Below, piece by piece: positions 17,647-28,229 of a stretch of DNA of 64,000 bases. The notes under the pieces were generated by a model. It had not been told where the DNA came from, searched no databases, and was given only the letters and a program-made list of their open reading frames with translations. How positions within the stretch are numbered: position 1 is the stretch's first letter; each line of letters starts with the position of its first letter. The stretch comes from a virus (Duplodnaviria; Heunggongvirae; Uroviricota; Caudoviricetes): the IMG/VR virus record IMGVR_UViG_3300040801_001810, positions 38,194 through 102,193 of that record; one strand, given 5' to 3'. Made by a program: the position numbers and the translations under genes.

Positions 17647-19125
17647 ATGCGGAAGAAAAGAATTTTATTTATATCAGATAGTGTTAAAAGAAAAACTGGA
17701 TACGCTACTGTAGCAAAGAACTTAATAGAACAGCTTTGCAAAGAAGATAAGTATGACATAGCACAACTGGGTCTTGCGGATGTTCCAGCACCTGTTAGAT
17801 TAAATATTGATTATTACTCACAGATAAAAGATCACTCCAAATGTTGTAAGAGAGATCCTATTTTAGAGTATAGAGCAAAAGGAAATCCTGAGATAAAAAT
17901 TCTCGATATGCCTAAAGAAGGAGAAAAAGACTTAAAGTTATCTGCTAACCAGAAGTTTTGTGTTAAAGGACATAATCTACAACAGGATCATTATGCATAT
18001 GATTCAGTATATTTTGTAACTAGACACTTCAAACCAGATATTATTGTACCTATTAATGACCTTTGGGGATTGTATAATATTAACCATCTTAGAAATAGAA
18101 AGTGTTATAAGTTCATTCCATACTTAGCAATCGACAGCGAGTGTCTATTCCCAATGCTAAATCCTCCAGAGGGACGTCCTGGGCTACCACCAATTGATAC
18201 TATACAAAGTGTTGGAGCAACTAATAAGACTATTGTATTTACGGAGTGGGCTAAAGAGGTTATCCAGAAGACATGTCGAGTTGCTACTGGTGGAAAAGAA
18301 TTAAGTAACATAGACGTCATTCCTCATGGAGTGGATATTTCTAAGTGGAAACCACTAAGTCCAGAAGAGAGAAAAGCAGCAAGAAAGAAATACTTTGGTA
18401 TAGAAGACGATACGTTCCTAGTTGGTAGTGTAGCTAGAAACCAGCCTAGAAAAAGACTGGACGCTATCTTCATGACACTAAGAGCATTCATAGATAAGTA
18501 TGAAAAACCAAATAGAAAGATTAAATGTTACTTTCATTGTTCCCTAGAAGATAATCTAGGTTGGGATCTTGGTTGGATGGGTGCTTACTATAATGTACAT
18601 GATAGATGTATATATGATAAGAATCTAAAACCTGGAGTAGGCCCAGATGATGAACAACTAAATGAAGTTATCAATTGCTTTGATGCTCATCTTAGTTTAA
18701 CAAACTCTGAAGGATGGCACCTGCCTGCACTAGAGACAGCAGCTGCTGGAATACCTAATGTTATCACTAAGTACTCTGCTCATGCTGATTGGGGCAAAGA
18801 TGCTCATCTTTTCTGCAAAGTAGCTGGCTGGTATCATGAGCCAAGAACTGGATTCATCAAAGCAGTTGCTGATACCGATCATGCAGCAAAACAATTAAGT
18901 TTACTATATAATAGTAAGAAGATGTGTGAAGAGTATTCTAAGCGTGGTATTAAACTAGGTAAGAAACTTCAATGGAAAAATATTGCCAAAGAATGGATCA
19001 CCTTATTTGATGAAACTGATATATCCGATCTAGAAGAAGGTAGATATGAGAAGGATGACCCAACAGTTAGTCTAGCTCAGAATGCTAATAGTATGGCACT
19101 CAAACATTTCCCAGGAGATGAATAA
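17647..19125 (+). CDS. GT4-like (GT-B) glycosyltransferase
   Basis: TGYATVA, VIPHGVD, VARNQPRKRLD, SEGWHLPALETAAAGIP; GGAG RBS before ATG 17647. Confidence 0.92.
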   Translation: MRKKRILFISDSVKRKTGYATVAKNLIEQLCKEDKYDIAQLGLADVPAPVRLNIDYYSQIKDHSKCCKRDPILEYRAKGNPEIKILDMPKEGEKDLKLSANQKFCVKGHNLQQDHYAYDSVYFVTRHFKPDIIVPINDLWGLYNINHLRNRKCYKFIPYLAIDSECLFPMLNPPEGRPGLPPIDTIQSVGATNKTIVFTEWAKEVIQKTCRVATGGKELSNIDVIPHGVDISKWKPLSPEERKAARKKYFGIEDDTFLVGSVARNQPRKRLDAIFMTLRAFIDKYEKPNRKIKCYFHCSLEDNLGWDLGWMGAYYNVHDRCIYDKNLKPGVGPDDEQLNEVINCFDAHLSLTNSEGWHLPALETAAAGIPNVITKYSAHADWGKDAHLFCKVAGWYHEPRTGFIKAVADTDHAAKQLSLLYNSKKMCEEYSKRGIKLGKKLQWKNIAKEWITLFDETDISDLEEGRYEKDDPTVSLAQNANSMALKHFPGDE

Positions 19126-20024
19126 TGAACATAATACTAGTAGCAGACTTTTTACTAGAAGATATGGTCAGAGGAGCACAGTTAACTGATGAAGCTATGC
19201 TCCTTCATCTTGGCCTAGAAGCAACACAAAGAATAAGATCAAAAGATCTAACTGCAATAGATAATAATACTTTTTATATTCTAAGTAGTTTCTTCCAACT
19301 ATCTGATGCATCTAAGTTTGCTCTTCAACAGTATGGTAACTATATAATCTTTGAACATGACCATGGTTATGTGCCATCTAGAAATCCGTTCATGATTTAT
19401 ACTGCTAAGGGAGAGGTTATAATCAATACTGATGGAAAGGTTTCAAAAGAATATCAGATCCATAGAGAACTATATAAGAAAGCCAAAGCAGTTATATGCC
19501 TAACTAAGTGGCATGAAGATCAGCTCAGTCAAAATCTAGAAGGTACTTTTGACAACATAGGCGGAGCAAGCTGGACAATACAATCATTAGATGATATAGA
19601 TAGCATAAGAGAATCAGCTAATAAGAAATATGAATATTGTTTCTTTAATGATAATACAATGCTTACCTTACCTAATGGTCAACAATACAATCAAGGCGAA
19701 AATATTAAAAATAAGAAGGGTGCTTTAGACTACTGTATAGCTAATAAATTAAAATATAAATTGCTTCCTAGAATCAATAATAATAAAAAATTTCTTTCTA
19801 TTATGTGTAGTTTTAAAGGGTTCATATTCTTCCCTATTATACCTGAAACCTGTTCTCGTATACTTACCGAAGCTAAAATGCTTGGCCTTGAAGTCATAAC
19901 TAATTCTAATAGCGGAGCCTATCATGAATCTTGGTTTGATCTTAACGGACAAGAACTAACTGATCACTTTAGAAACACAGTTATACCACAATCAATAGAA
20001 ATATTCAGAAAGTATTTACCATGA
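19125..20024 (+). CDS. GT-B glycosyltransferase
   Basis: ADF...GAQL, EHDH, FPIIPETCSRILTEAKMLG (E-x7-E type motif). Confidence 0.8.
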   Translation: MNIILVADFLLEDMVRGAQLTDEAMLLHLGLEATQRIRSKDLTAIDNNTFYILSSFFQLSDASKFALQQYGNYIIFEHDHGYVPSRNPFMIYTAKGEVIINTDGKVSKEYQIHRELYKKAKAVICLTKWHEDQLSQNLEGTFDNIGGASWTIQSLDDIDSIRESANKKYEYCFFNDNTMLTLPNGQQYNQGENIKNKKGALDYCIANKLKYKLLPRINNNKKFLSIMCSFKGFIFFPIIPETCSRILTEAKMLGLEVITNSNSGAYHESWFDLNGQELTDHFRNTVIPQSIEIFRKYLP

Positions 20025-20311
20025 AACACCTAAAACAACATAATGTTAACCTATACCTAGCTTGTGAAGAAATGAGCTTATCAAAACCAGAACAACATAT
20101 ATACTTATGTTTACTTGCATCATCTAATGAAAATAATGAAGATAATGTAGCAGAAATAGACTATCGTACATTAGCTCGTTACTCTCGAGTATCAGAGAGT
20201 ACAACTAAAAAAGCAATTAAAAGTCTTAAAGAAAAGAAGATAATAACAGTATCTAAAGGCTGTAGAAAACCTAACAGCTATAGAATTGAACATATACCAA
20301 AAGGCATATAA
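20021..20311 (+). CDS. winged helix-turn-helix protein
   Basis: IDYRTLARYSRVSESTTKKAIKSLKEKKII...PNSYRI. Confidence 0.8.
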   Translation: MKHLKQHNVNLYLACEEMSLSKPEQHIYLCLLASSNENNEDNVAEIDYRTLARYSRVSESTTKKAIKSLKEKKIITVSKGCRKPNSYRIEHIPKGI

Positions 20312-21254
20312 AGTGAACGTAATAGCTATCGTAACTCACGGAAGACCAGAACTATTAAAGATACACTGCGAACAGTTACTAAAGAATCCTGAGCTAGGAG
20401 ATTATCTAGTTCACTTCTTTCCAGACTATGGATTTCATCCAGATGTAATGAAAGTTATTAAATGGTTTAGGTCAGAGCATAAGAATATCAAGATTACTAT
20501 GAGATCAGAAGCTGATAGTAAGAAGTCTCCACTACCTGCCTTTTACAATATCTTCGATGCTTATCGTATCTGTGCTGAAGAAGCTGATGAATATGTTCTT
20601 CCTGCTGAAGAAGATATTGTTCCTACTAATGACTACTTACGATATCACAGAAAAGTATATGATAACTTTTTATCTAAATATGATAAAATATTTTGCGCTA
20701 CTACTAAACGTAGACAGCTAAATGAACAAATTGGTAATCCTGAATTACTAATAGGAGATATGCAAATATGTCAACCTACTATTGTGACATGCAAGGTGAT
20801 AAAGACAATCCTTATTCCTTTAATGGCTTCCAAGAACTTTTGGACTCCGTGGATATTCAATCAGGAGATGTATTCTACATATCGACATCCCCCTCAACAT
20901 CACACGCATCACGACGGCCAGTTAGAAAGAATAGCAGAAACGAACGGAATGTTCAGTCTGAAGCCAGACCAAGCAAGAAGCGCTCATATAGGCGTAGGTG
21001 GCCAGCACTTCGATGGTAAGGTAGAAGGAAGAACATTAGAAGAAAAGGTAGAATATATGAAGTCTATAATGCATAATGGAGACGCACTAAGAGAAGCCTC
21101 TGATAATCCTAAGGACATGTGTTCAGTTAAATTTGACAGTGACCCATGGAAAGAATTATATTTAGATATAGATAGAAATAAAGTCATAACCCAGTCAGCT
21201 GACTTTGATCCTGAAAATAAATTTAAGGAGTACATACAATCATGCCAACATTAA
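20286..21254 (+). CDS. GT-A glycosyltransferase (GT13/GnT-I-like motifs)
   Basis: IVTHGRPELL, EEDIVPTNDYL, PDQARSAHIGVGG; probable start GTG 20313. Confidence 0.7.
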   Translation: MNIYQKAYKVNVIAIVTHGRPELLKIHCEQLLKNPELGDYLVHFFPDYGFHPDVMKVIKWFRSEHKNIKITMRSEADSKKSPLPAFYNIFDAYRICAEEADEYVLPAEEDIVPTNDYLRYHRKVYDNFLSKYDKIFCATTKRRQLNEQIGNPELLIGDMQICQPTIVTCKVIKTILIPLMASKNFWTPWIFNQEMYSTYRHPPQHHTHHDGQLERIAETNGMFSLKPDQARSAHIGVGGQHFDGKVEGRTLEEKVEYMKSIMHNGDALREASDNPKDMCSVKFDSDPWKELYLDIDRNKVITQSADFDPENKFKEYIQSCQH

Positions 21255-21472
21255 AAGATGTAGCAGTAATACCAGAACAAAACAGAGACCAATTTAGAAA
21301 GTATCTACAGATGTTATCTGCGTCAGAACCAGGCGTATCAATAACATTTTCTGTAGAATTATTTAGAAATGGACACAGAAGATTTGATTATACAGCGATA
21401 TGTGATACGCAAGAGATAGCGGTTAAAATTCAACAAAAAATTCGAGATGGAGAACTCGCTCATGGAGGTTGA
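21242..21472 (+). CDS. hypothetical protein
   Basis: 76 aa with AAGGAG RBS. Confidence 0.7.
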   Translation: MPTLKDVAVIPEQNRDQFRKYLQMLSASEPGVSITFSVELFRNGHRRFDYTAICDTQEIAVKIQQKIRDGELAHGG

Positions 21473-21473
21473 T

Positions 21474-21947
21474 ATGAAATATAAGTTAGTAAAACTTACA
21501 CCAAAGCACGATCAGTTAGTAATTAACTTAGTTAAATCCACAATGGGAAAAGAAGTAGGAGAACATTGTGTACAAGCATTTGAAGACGTAAGTGCTTGTG
21601 ATAAAAGATCCCTTTGGGGAGCATTTAATGAAGGATACGAACTAGTAGGATGTTGTGGTATATACGACGGCTTCTATGATAAGAAGAAATGTTACATTAG
21701 TTGGTTCTCAGTAGATGAAAAGCTTCAAAGATCTGGTCTTGGCACTCAGATGATGGATCATATAACTAAGCTGGCTTTGGACGAAGGATTTAATTGGATG
21801 TATGTTGAAACATACGACAATGAACAATTTAGAAAAGCTAATAACTTCTATCGTAAATGCGGCTTCAGTAACGCAGGTTCAATACTAGGATATCTAGAAG
21901 ATGGAAGTGACGCAATGTACTATCGTAAGAGGATTAGAGATGTCTAA
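21474..21947 (+). CDS. GNAT acetyltransferase
   Basis: VDEKLQRSGLGTQMM (motif A), ANNFYRKCGF; GGAGG RBS before ATG 21474. Confidence 0.92.
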   Translation: MKYKLVKLTPKHDQLVINLVKSTMGKEVGEHCVQAFEDVSACDKRSLWGAFNEGYELVGCCGIYDGFYDKKKCYISWFSVDEKLQRSGLGTQMMDHITKLALDEGFNWMYVETYDNEQFRKANNFYRKCGFSNAGSILGYLEDGSDAMYYRKRIRDV

Positions 21948-22758
21948 GAACATTATAGCTGGTCCATGGCTCGGAGAGTTTGGTTGGGAACTTATGAGAT
22001 GGCAAGGCGTGTTCCGTAAACTAGCTTACGATGGCTGGAATGTTTATATGATAGCCAGAGATGGACATCAAGAACTCTATAAAGACTACGTTAAAGAGTT
22101 CATCCCAGCAGAGAGTTTGGGATTTAATACTAAAGGCGAGACCGATGGTTGGAGAATTAATAATGAAGTTCCCTCCCTTACGATGGATCAGAAAAACGCT
22201 ATTTGCTCTAGTGCTAAGTATGTATCTGCGGCTGTCTGTATGCAGATGTCGAAACAAGAATTTATAAAGTATGGTGAAGATTCTTTTTGTCTAAGATACC
22301 CAATTATAATACATGCTAGAGCAACACAAAAAGGCGGAACAGATATTAGGAATTGGCCTAGAGAAAAATGGGAAGAACTAGTAGCTAGATTAGTAAAAAT
22401 AGGAACCTTTCCAATAGCATGTATTGGATCTAAAGAAGGAGCTATGTGTTTTGATAATTGTATAGACAAACGTGGCGAAAATCTAATAAACACAGTTGAT
22501 ATATTACAATGTTGTAACCTAGTTATTGGACCTTCATCGGGACCAATGCATTTAGCTAGTTTATGTGGTACTCCTCACCTGGTGTGGACAGATGACAAGT
22601 TCTGGGGCAGTTGTAACGGCACTAATAGACAAAGATATGAAACAAATTGGAACCCTTTAGGTACAAAAACTATAATATTAGATGAAGATAACTGGCAACC
22701 ATCAGTAGATACAGTAGAAAAAGCAATCAAGGATTTTTTTAATGGACAAGATAAATAA
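21940..22758 (+). CDS. GT9 (heptosyltransferase-like) glycosyltransferase
   Basis: RNWPREKWEELV, DKRG, LVIGPSSGPMHLASLCGTP. Confidence 0.85.
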   Translation: MSKNIIAGPWLGEFGWELMRWQGVFRKLAYDGWNVYMIARDGHQELYKDYVKEFIPAESLGFNTKGETDGWRINNEVPSLTMDQKNAICSSAKYVSAAVCMQMSKQEFIKYGEDSFCLRYPIIIHARATQKGGTDIRNWPREKWEELVARLVKIGTFPIACIGSKEGAMCFDNCIDKRGENLINTVDILQCCNLVIGPSSGPMHLASLCGTPHLVWTDDKFWGSCNGTNRQRYETNWNPLGTKTIILDEDNWQPSVDTVEKAIKDFFNGQDK

Positions 22759-23443
22759 CATACTAGACAACCTACGAGAAGGTGTACCGCAAGCACTTGC
22801 CAGATTTAATGATGGCGAGGCTCAAGCTATAGTTCAACCTGATTGCACAGTAGCTAGAGGAGACCAGTACGTATCACCAGGACTATCAAATGCATTACAC
22901 GAAGCTATACAGTATGAACAAGAAAACTATTGGATAGGTCTACCATGTGATGTATGTGCAACTGAAAAATGGTATCACAAAATTAAGCATCTTGTAAGAC
23001 CAGATTATGAGTATCTAACTAAAGCTGTAGTAACTACCAATCGTAATTGGAAATTATTTACTGAAGAACTCCCAAAAATACTCAAAAATAAACCAGTACA
23101 TTGGGTCGGATCAAAAGAACAACAATTAAATAAACTACCATTCAAAGTATATAACCATATTCATACTAACAGTCAAAATGCTTGGGAACAATACAAAGAT
23201 ATAATATCTTGGGCAACAGATATATATCCAACAAGAGATGACAACGACGTTCACTATCTAGGTGAAGGAGAAATAGTAATTTTAGCTTGTGGTCCTCTAT
23301 CTAGAGTATTAGTAAGACATTGGTTTGAGAAAAGACCGAATTGTACTTTCCTAGATGTAGGAAGCGCTTTTGATCCATGGACCAGAAATGTATGGCATAA
23401 TTGTCACAAAGGAACCTTAGGCCCTTGTAAAGGATGTAACTAA
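22742..23443 (+). CDS. GT-D fold (DUF1792-like) glycosyltransferase
   Basis: ALARFNDGE, ILACGPLSR, LDVGSAFD. Confidence 0.75.
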   Translation: MDKINNILDNLREGVPQALARFNDGEAQAIVQPDCTVARGDQYVSPGLSNALHEAIQYEQENYWIGLPCDVCATEKWYHKIKHLVRPDYEYLTKAVVTTNRNWKLFTEELPKILKNKPVHWVGSKEQQLNKLPFKVYNHIHTNSQNAWEQYKDIISWATDIYPTRDDNDVHYLGEGEIVILACGPLSRVLVRHWFEKRPNCTFLDVGSAFDPWTRNVWHNCHKGTLGPCKGCN

Positions 23444-24423
23444 TGATACAATATTCACACCCAAACTTCACAGTAGATGAATCCTTAAAGAATTGGTTAG
23501 GAGATATTCTAGATGGTGGTTGGGTTAGCATTGGAACATATACAAATCAGTTAGAAGAAACAGTAGCAGATAGATTCAAAGTAAAGCATGTAATAGCTTG
23601 TGCTAATGCAACGACAGGATTAATTATTGCACTTAAGGCAGCAGGTATAACTAATCTTAAAATAGAAGTACCAGCATTTACCTGGCCAAGTACAATTTAT
23701 GCATTAGTTTGTAATGGAAATACACCAATATATACAGATATAAAAAAAGATACTTGGACTATAGATACAACTACACAAAGATATGTACTACCTGTAGATA
23801 CATTTGGAGCATCAGCTGGGAAATATGCTAATGCTGTCTATGATGCTGCCCATGCATGGGATGTGCCTGATCTAGGACATAGGGGAATTGCAGAAGTACT
23901 ATCATTATCTTTTACTAAGGTGGTTACAGCTACAGAAGGCGGGCTTATCTTAACAAATGATGATGAAGTAGCAGAAACATGTAGAGAACTAAGAAGACTG
24001 TCAGGAAGACTAGAAGAAGTAAATGCATTTATTGCGCTGAGATCGATTGATTACTGGGATACTGAAGCCAAGGAGCATAGACAATATCTTGTTAATAGCT
24101 ATAAAAAGGCATTTGATTTTAACTTTAGTGTGCAAGAAGGAAATATAAATAACAGCGTATTTAGTATTGTATTACCTACTCCAGCCATGAGAGACAAAAT
24201 ACTAAAAGAACTAAGTTTAAAACAAATAGAAACAAAAATATATTATGAGCCTCTTATTGATGGTTTAGAAACAACTGACTATATCTATTCACAAAGCATA
24301 GCTCTTCCATTAAATAGATTCATTACAGACGAACAAATCAAAGAGATAGCAGACATAGCAAATATGGCAGTTAAAGGCTGTCCAGGAAAAGATTATCTAA
24401 ATAGATACATTGGGAGAATATAA
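23443..24423 (+). CDS. DegT/DnrJ/EryC1/StrS NDP-sugar aminotransferase
   Basis: NATTGL, VPAFTW, YDAAHA, SLSFTKVVTATEGGLILTND (PLP lysine). Confidence 0.93.
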   Translation: MIQYSHPNFTVDESLKNWLGDILDGGWVSIGTYTNQLEETVADRFKVKHVIACANATTGLIIALKAAGITNLKIEVPAFTWPSTIYALVCNGNTPIYTDIKKDTWTIDTTTQRYVLPVDTFGASAGKYANAVYDAAHAWDVPDLGHRGIAEVLSLSFTKVVTATEGGLILTNDDEVAETCRELRRLSGRLEEVNAFIALRSIDYWDTEAKEHRQYLVNSYKKAFDFNFSVQEGNINNSVFSIVLPTPAMRDKILKELSLKQIETKIYYEPLIDGLETTDYIYSQSIALPLNRFITDEQIKEIADIANMAVKGCPGKDYLNRYIGRI

Positions 24424-25649
24424 TGAATGTAGTATATGTACAACCTTACTACCATAATATATGGGAAGCTTTAGGTATAGGATACATAGAATCTTATTGT
24501 AGAAAACATTATAAAGGATATTTAGAAACCTCATTCTATCAAGGATACTTTGATAACGATGATCGTATAGTAAATGCCTGTACGCACGCAAATATAGTTG
24601 CTTTCTCGTGCACATCAACTGCAATAGCTCCAGCTAAGAAGCTAACTGAGAGAATAAAAAAGATTAATCCTAATGTTAAAATAGTTGTAGGCGGATGGCA
24701 TGTAACAGCAACTAAGCAAAAACCTGAATGGGCTGACCAAATAGTTATTGGTGAAGGAGAGAAAGCTTTTCTAAGAATACTAGAAGGGGAAGAAGCCCCT
24801 ATAGTATTAGGAGAAAAGTTACCTTTCTCAGAACTTCCTCATCCAGATAGATGCACTATAAAAAACTCTAGAACAGTAGATCTATGTGAAAAGATGATTG
24901 GTAAGAGAGTATTAAGTCTTCAATCAAATAGAGGATGCCCAATGAATTGTGCTTACTGCTCTGAAGTATGTATGACTGGTAAATTAAATAAAGCAACTAA
25001 TCCTATTAGAAGCAGAGACCCTAAAGATGTTTGTGACGAATTAGAATCTCTAATCAAGATAGAGGATATAGATCAATTTAAATTTGTAGATGCTACATTT
25101 GATATATCAGAAGAATATGTAGAAGCCTTTTGCAATGAGAAAATTAGTAGAGGAATTACTATAGAATGGGAATGCCTAGTTCATGCTGCATTTGCTACAG
25201 AAAAGATGATGGCAAAATTAGCTGAAGCTAATTGTGTTCAGATTAATGTTGGTTGTGAAAGTGGAAGTCCTAAGGTTTTAAAACAAATACGAAAAGGCGT
25301 AACAATAGATAAAGTTAAACAAGTATTTGAGTGGGCAAAAAAGTATAATATAGGTAGACGAGCATTCTTTATCTTAGGTATGCCAGATGAAACCGAAGAA
25401 GATATTAGGATGACAGAAACTTTAGCAGATCAGCTAGATGCAGACGTAGTTGGTTTCACTATATTATGTCCTTATCCAGGCAGCGATTTCTATGATCCAA
25501 TCAGACACAAATACATTAGCTGGGATAAGACAGATGAATATGGTAATGACTTCTGGAAATCAAATCATCTAGAGAACTGGGAGCTACATAAATGGCAAGA
25601 ATATCTTACTAAGAAATACGAAAATAAACTATGCGAGAGGCAGAAATGA
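24423..25649 (+). CDS. cobalamin-binding radical SAM enzyme
   Basis: N-terminal B12 domain (ALGIGYI, VVGGWHVT, IGEGE); RGCPMNCAYC, GCESGS, ILGMPDET, PYPGS. Confidence 0.93.
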   Translation: MNVVYVQPYYHNIWEALGIGYIESYCRKHYKGYLETSFYQGYFDNDDRIVNACTHANIVAFSCTSTAIAPAKKLTERIKKINPNVKIVVGGWHVTATKQKPEWADQIVIGEGEKAFLRILEGEEAPIVLGEKLPFSELPHPDRCTIKNSRTVDLCEKMIGKRVLSLQSNRGCPMNCAYCSEVCMTGKLNKATNPIRSRDPKDVCDELESLIKIEDIDQFKFVDATFDISEEYVEAFCNEKISRGITIEWECLVHAAFATEKMMAKLAEANCVQINVGCESGSPKVLKQIRKGVTIDKVKQVFEWAKKYNIGRRAFFILGMPDETEEDIRMTETLADQLDADVVGFTILCPYPGSDFYDPIRHKYISWDKTDEYGNDFWKSNHLENWELHKWQEYLTKKYENKLCERQK

Positions 25650-26341
25650 AAATAGCAATAGAAATTTCAGGACAACTAAGATCCTATAAAAAAACATATA
25701 AAATATTTAAAGAAAAATTTATGAATAAAGATACTGATATATTTATTCATACATGGAATAATAAAGGAATATCAACAAAAGATAGAAAGTATGTAGAAAA
25801 TACTTGTTGTCTTGTTTACTCCGATAAGCCAGACGAAGAAGTAAAGCATAGTGATATTGAATCTTTATATAATCCAATAGATTTTCAAATAGAAAATTTT
25901 GATAAGAATATGGGGTTCGAACTAAATGGAATTAGATTACCAAAGTACTTATATAGAAATGAAGAATTAGATTCAGACCAATTATCAAATTTGCCGTTGT
26001 TTTATGGAATGTGGAAAGCCAGTAAATTAAGAAGAGCCTACAAAAAAGATTACGATCTAGTAATTAGAACAAGAGCAGATCTAAATTTTTCTTTAATAAA
26101 CATTAATTTTGAAACACTAGATAAATCAAAAGTTTATGTTTTTCCTCATTTAACAAATGATAAAGTCAGTGATAAATTCGCAATTGGATGTCCTTCTTTA
26201 ATGAATATATATACAGAAGTATTCTTAAATTTACAAGAGTACTGGTACGGGAATATTAAATTAAGGGAAAGATTAAGACATTATGAATGCTTATTAAAAT
26301 ATCATCTAGAACAACATAATATACAGGTAAAACTAATATGA
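25646..26341 (+). CDS. putative glycosyltransferase (SGQLR...IRTRAD family)
   Basis: KIAIEISGQLR, DIFIHTW, YDLVIRTRAD, DKFAIG; paralog of 28219..28953. Confidence 0.7.
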   Translation: MKIAIEISGQLRSYKKTYKIFKEKFMNKDTDIFIHTWNNKGISTKDRKYVENTCCLVYSDKPDEEVKHSDIESLYNPIDFQIENFDKNMGFELNGIRLPKYLYRNEELDSDQLSNLPLFYGMWKASKLRRAYKKDYDLVIRTRADLNFSLININFETLDKSKVYVFPHLTNDKVSDKFAIGCPSLMNIYTEVFLNLQEYWYGNIKLRERLRHYECLLKYHLEQHNIQVKLI

Positions 26342-27042
26342 AACTAGGAATATTTACACGAGCTGATAACAGTATCAGTCCAATGACGTCAATAACACAT
26401 CCAATACTAAAAGAATACGCAAAGAGATGTAATGCTGACTTTAGATTAATTGAAGGAGATCCCCCAGTTATAACAGATGACGGACATCCACACTGGAGAA
26501 TAGCTAACTTATATAACTATTATGATGAGTATGATAGAATATTATGTATAGATTCTGATGTTTTAGTACTACCAAATTGTCCAAATCTATTTGATGAGGT
26601 ACCAGAAAAATGCATCGGATCCAGCTTCGAAGATATAGGATCAAGAGCAGGCCCACGTAGACAATCAATCCAAAATATACAGAAACAATTTGGTGATATA
26701 GGCTGGAAGCAGGGATATATTAACACAGGAGTACTAGTTACATCCAAAATGCATAGAGATGTATTTACTTCAGTAGACGGTAGATGGTATACAAACTTTG
26801 GAAGTGACGATGTACATATTGGATATAAAGCATTTAAGCTTAATTTTAAAATTCATCAGCTAAGTTATAAGTTTAATCATATGACTATGTTCTCAGAACC
26901 ATGGAACAATAACGCAGATAGATTTGAATCTTACATTATTCATTATGCTGGAAGAGGACAATTCAATCTTAGACTCGATAGAATCTCTAACATAAGAGAA
27001 GACGCTAAGAGAATAGAGGAGCTATATGAAAACAGTAAGTAA
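26338..27042 (+). CDS. GT8-like glycosyltransferase
   Basis: YDRILCIDSDVLV, PNLFD, YINTGVLV, IIHYAG. Confidence 0.85.
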   Translation: MKLGIFTRADNSISPMTSITHPILKEYAKRCNADFRLIEGDPPVITDDGHPHWRIANLYNYYDEYDRILCIDSDVLVLPNCPNLFDEVPEKCIGSSFEDIGSRAGPRRQSIQNIQKQFGDIGWKQGYINTGVLVTSKMHRDVFTSVDGRWYTNFGSDDVHIGYKAFKLNFKIHQLSYKFNHMTMFSEPWNNNADRFESYIIHYAGRGQFNLRLDRISNIREDAKRIEELYENSK

Positions 27043-27571
27043 ATTATGGGAGGACTTTTATGCCAGAATAGATAATAATAAAGAGCAGGTAATAAGAGAG
27101 ACAATGACCCCTAATAGATATGCCTCTGAAGCTCAGCTGGTTTTAAATTCGATACCTGATAATATAAAGACTGTATTAGAAATAGGATGCGGATATGGGG
27201 GATTAGCTAACGAGCTATTAAAGTTAAAACCTTTCACATATACAGTCATAGATAATCCTCAAATGTTAAAGCTAACACAAGAAACTTTAGAAGATAGAGT
27301 ATGTTATATACCAACTGATAAGTTACAATCTTCGATTACTCCTTCCTTTGACCTACTTATAACAAACAATTGTTTATCAGAAACTCCTCCTGAATACCAA
27401 CTCTGGATTGCTAATAATATTTTTCCTAAATGCGATTTTCTATTTTCAATAGATGATACTACTATGGAAGAAGAATTTAAAAAGTATTTTTTATTTTCAA
27501 AAGAGCAATATTTAAACTATCCCAATATATTTATATTTAAAGGGGAAAGAGATGGTAGCATTAATTCATAG
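27026..27571 (+). CDS. class I SAM-dependent (sugar O-)methyltransferase
   Basis: VLEIGCGYGGLA, YTVID, FDLLITNNCLSE. Confidence 0.85.
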   Translation: MKTVSKLWEDFYARIDNNKEQVIRETMTPNRYASEAQLVLNSIPDNIKTVLEIGCGYGGLANELLKLKPFTYTVIDNPQMLKLTQETLEDRVCYIPTDKLQSSITPSFDLLITNNCLSETPPEYQLWIANNIFPKCDFLFSIDDTTMEEEFKKYFLFSKEQYLNYPNIFIFKGERDGSINS

Positions 27572-28229
27572 TGGAGACAAAAACTCCTGGGTATGGAAAT
27601 ACTGGAAGTACTACTACGCTAAGTACTGGGATTTTAGAATACCAACAGTATTTTTATCAGAGGAAAAGGATCTTAATTGGGACCAGGTAATCAATATAAA
27701 ATCTGGTACTGGACCATGGGCCACCACACTACTAAATTCACTAGATAAAATACATACAGAATATATTATCTACATGCATGAAGACGTATTCCTCACAAAT
27801 CATATCGAATATAATACTTTAATTGAATTATATAAGTTGATGAAAACAAATGACTTACAATTAATTAAATGTAGTGGACATGATGCTGGATGGCGTGAAG
27901 CAGAAAATAACCTACCAAAAACAGACATGAAAGTAAATGAAGAGCCAATTTACCTATATCCAAATCATATAGATTATTTAGTCAGTCATCAAATTTCTAT
28001 TTGGAACAAAGAATTTTTTAAGTCTACACTTAAGTGCGGTGAATCTCCATGGCAACATGAACTAGAAGGAACAAAAAGGCTACGAGCACGTAACATTTCT
28101 ATACATGCATTTTGTAGTGAAGAAAACGAACCAAACTCGAGACCAATCCCCCACATAGAAGCAGTTAGAGCAGGGAAACCTAGAACCAAACTAGCAATAG
28201 AAATGTTTAAGAAGGTAGATGATGATTAA
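27552..28229 (+). CDS. GT-A (GT2-like) glycosyltransferase
   Basis: YIIYMHEDVFL, QISIWNKEF, SPWQHE. Confidence 0.7.
   Translation: MVALIHSGDKNSWVWKYWKYYYAKYWDFRIPTVFLSEEKDLNWDQVINIKSGTGPWATTLLNSLDKIHTEYIIYMHEDVFLTNHIEYNTLIELYKLMKTNDLQLIKCSGHDAGWREAENNLPKTDMKVNEEPIYLYPNHIDYLVSHQISIWNKEFFKSTLKCGESPWQHELEGTKRLRARNISIHAFCSEENEPNSRPIPHIEAVRAGKPRTKLAIEMFKKVDDD

Noticed and set aside
21242-21472. Second small protein ending in GG (ELAHGG) as another Ubl
   Set aside because: The GG codons are GGAGGT, the RBS of the downstream GNAT gene; there is no beta-grasp pattern and no adjacent E1.
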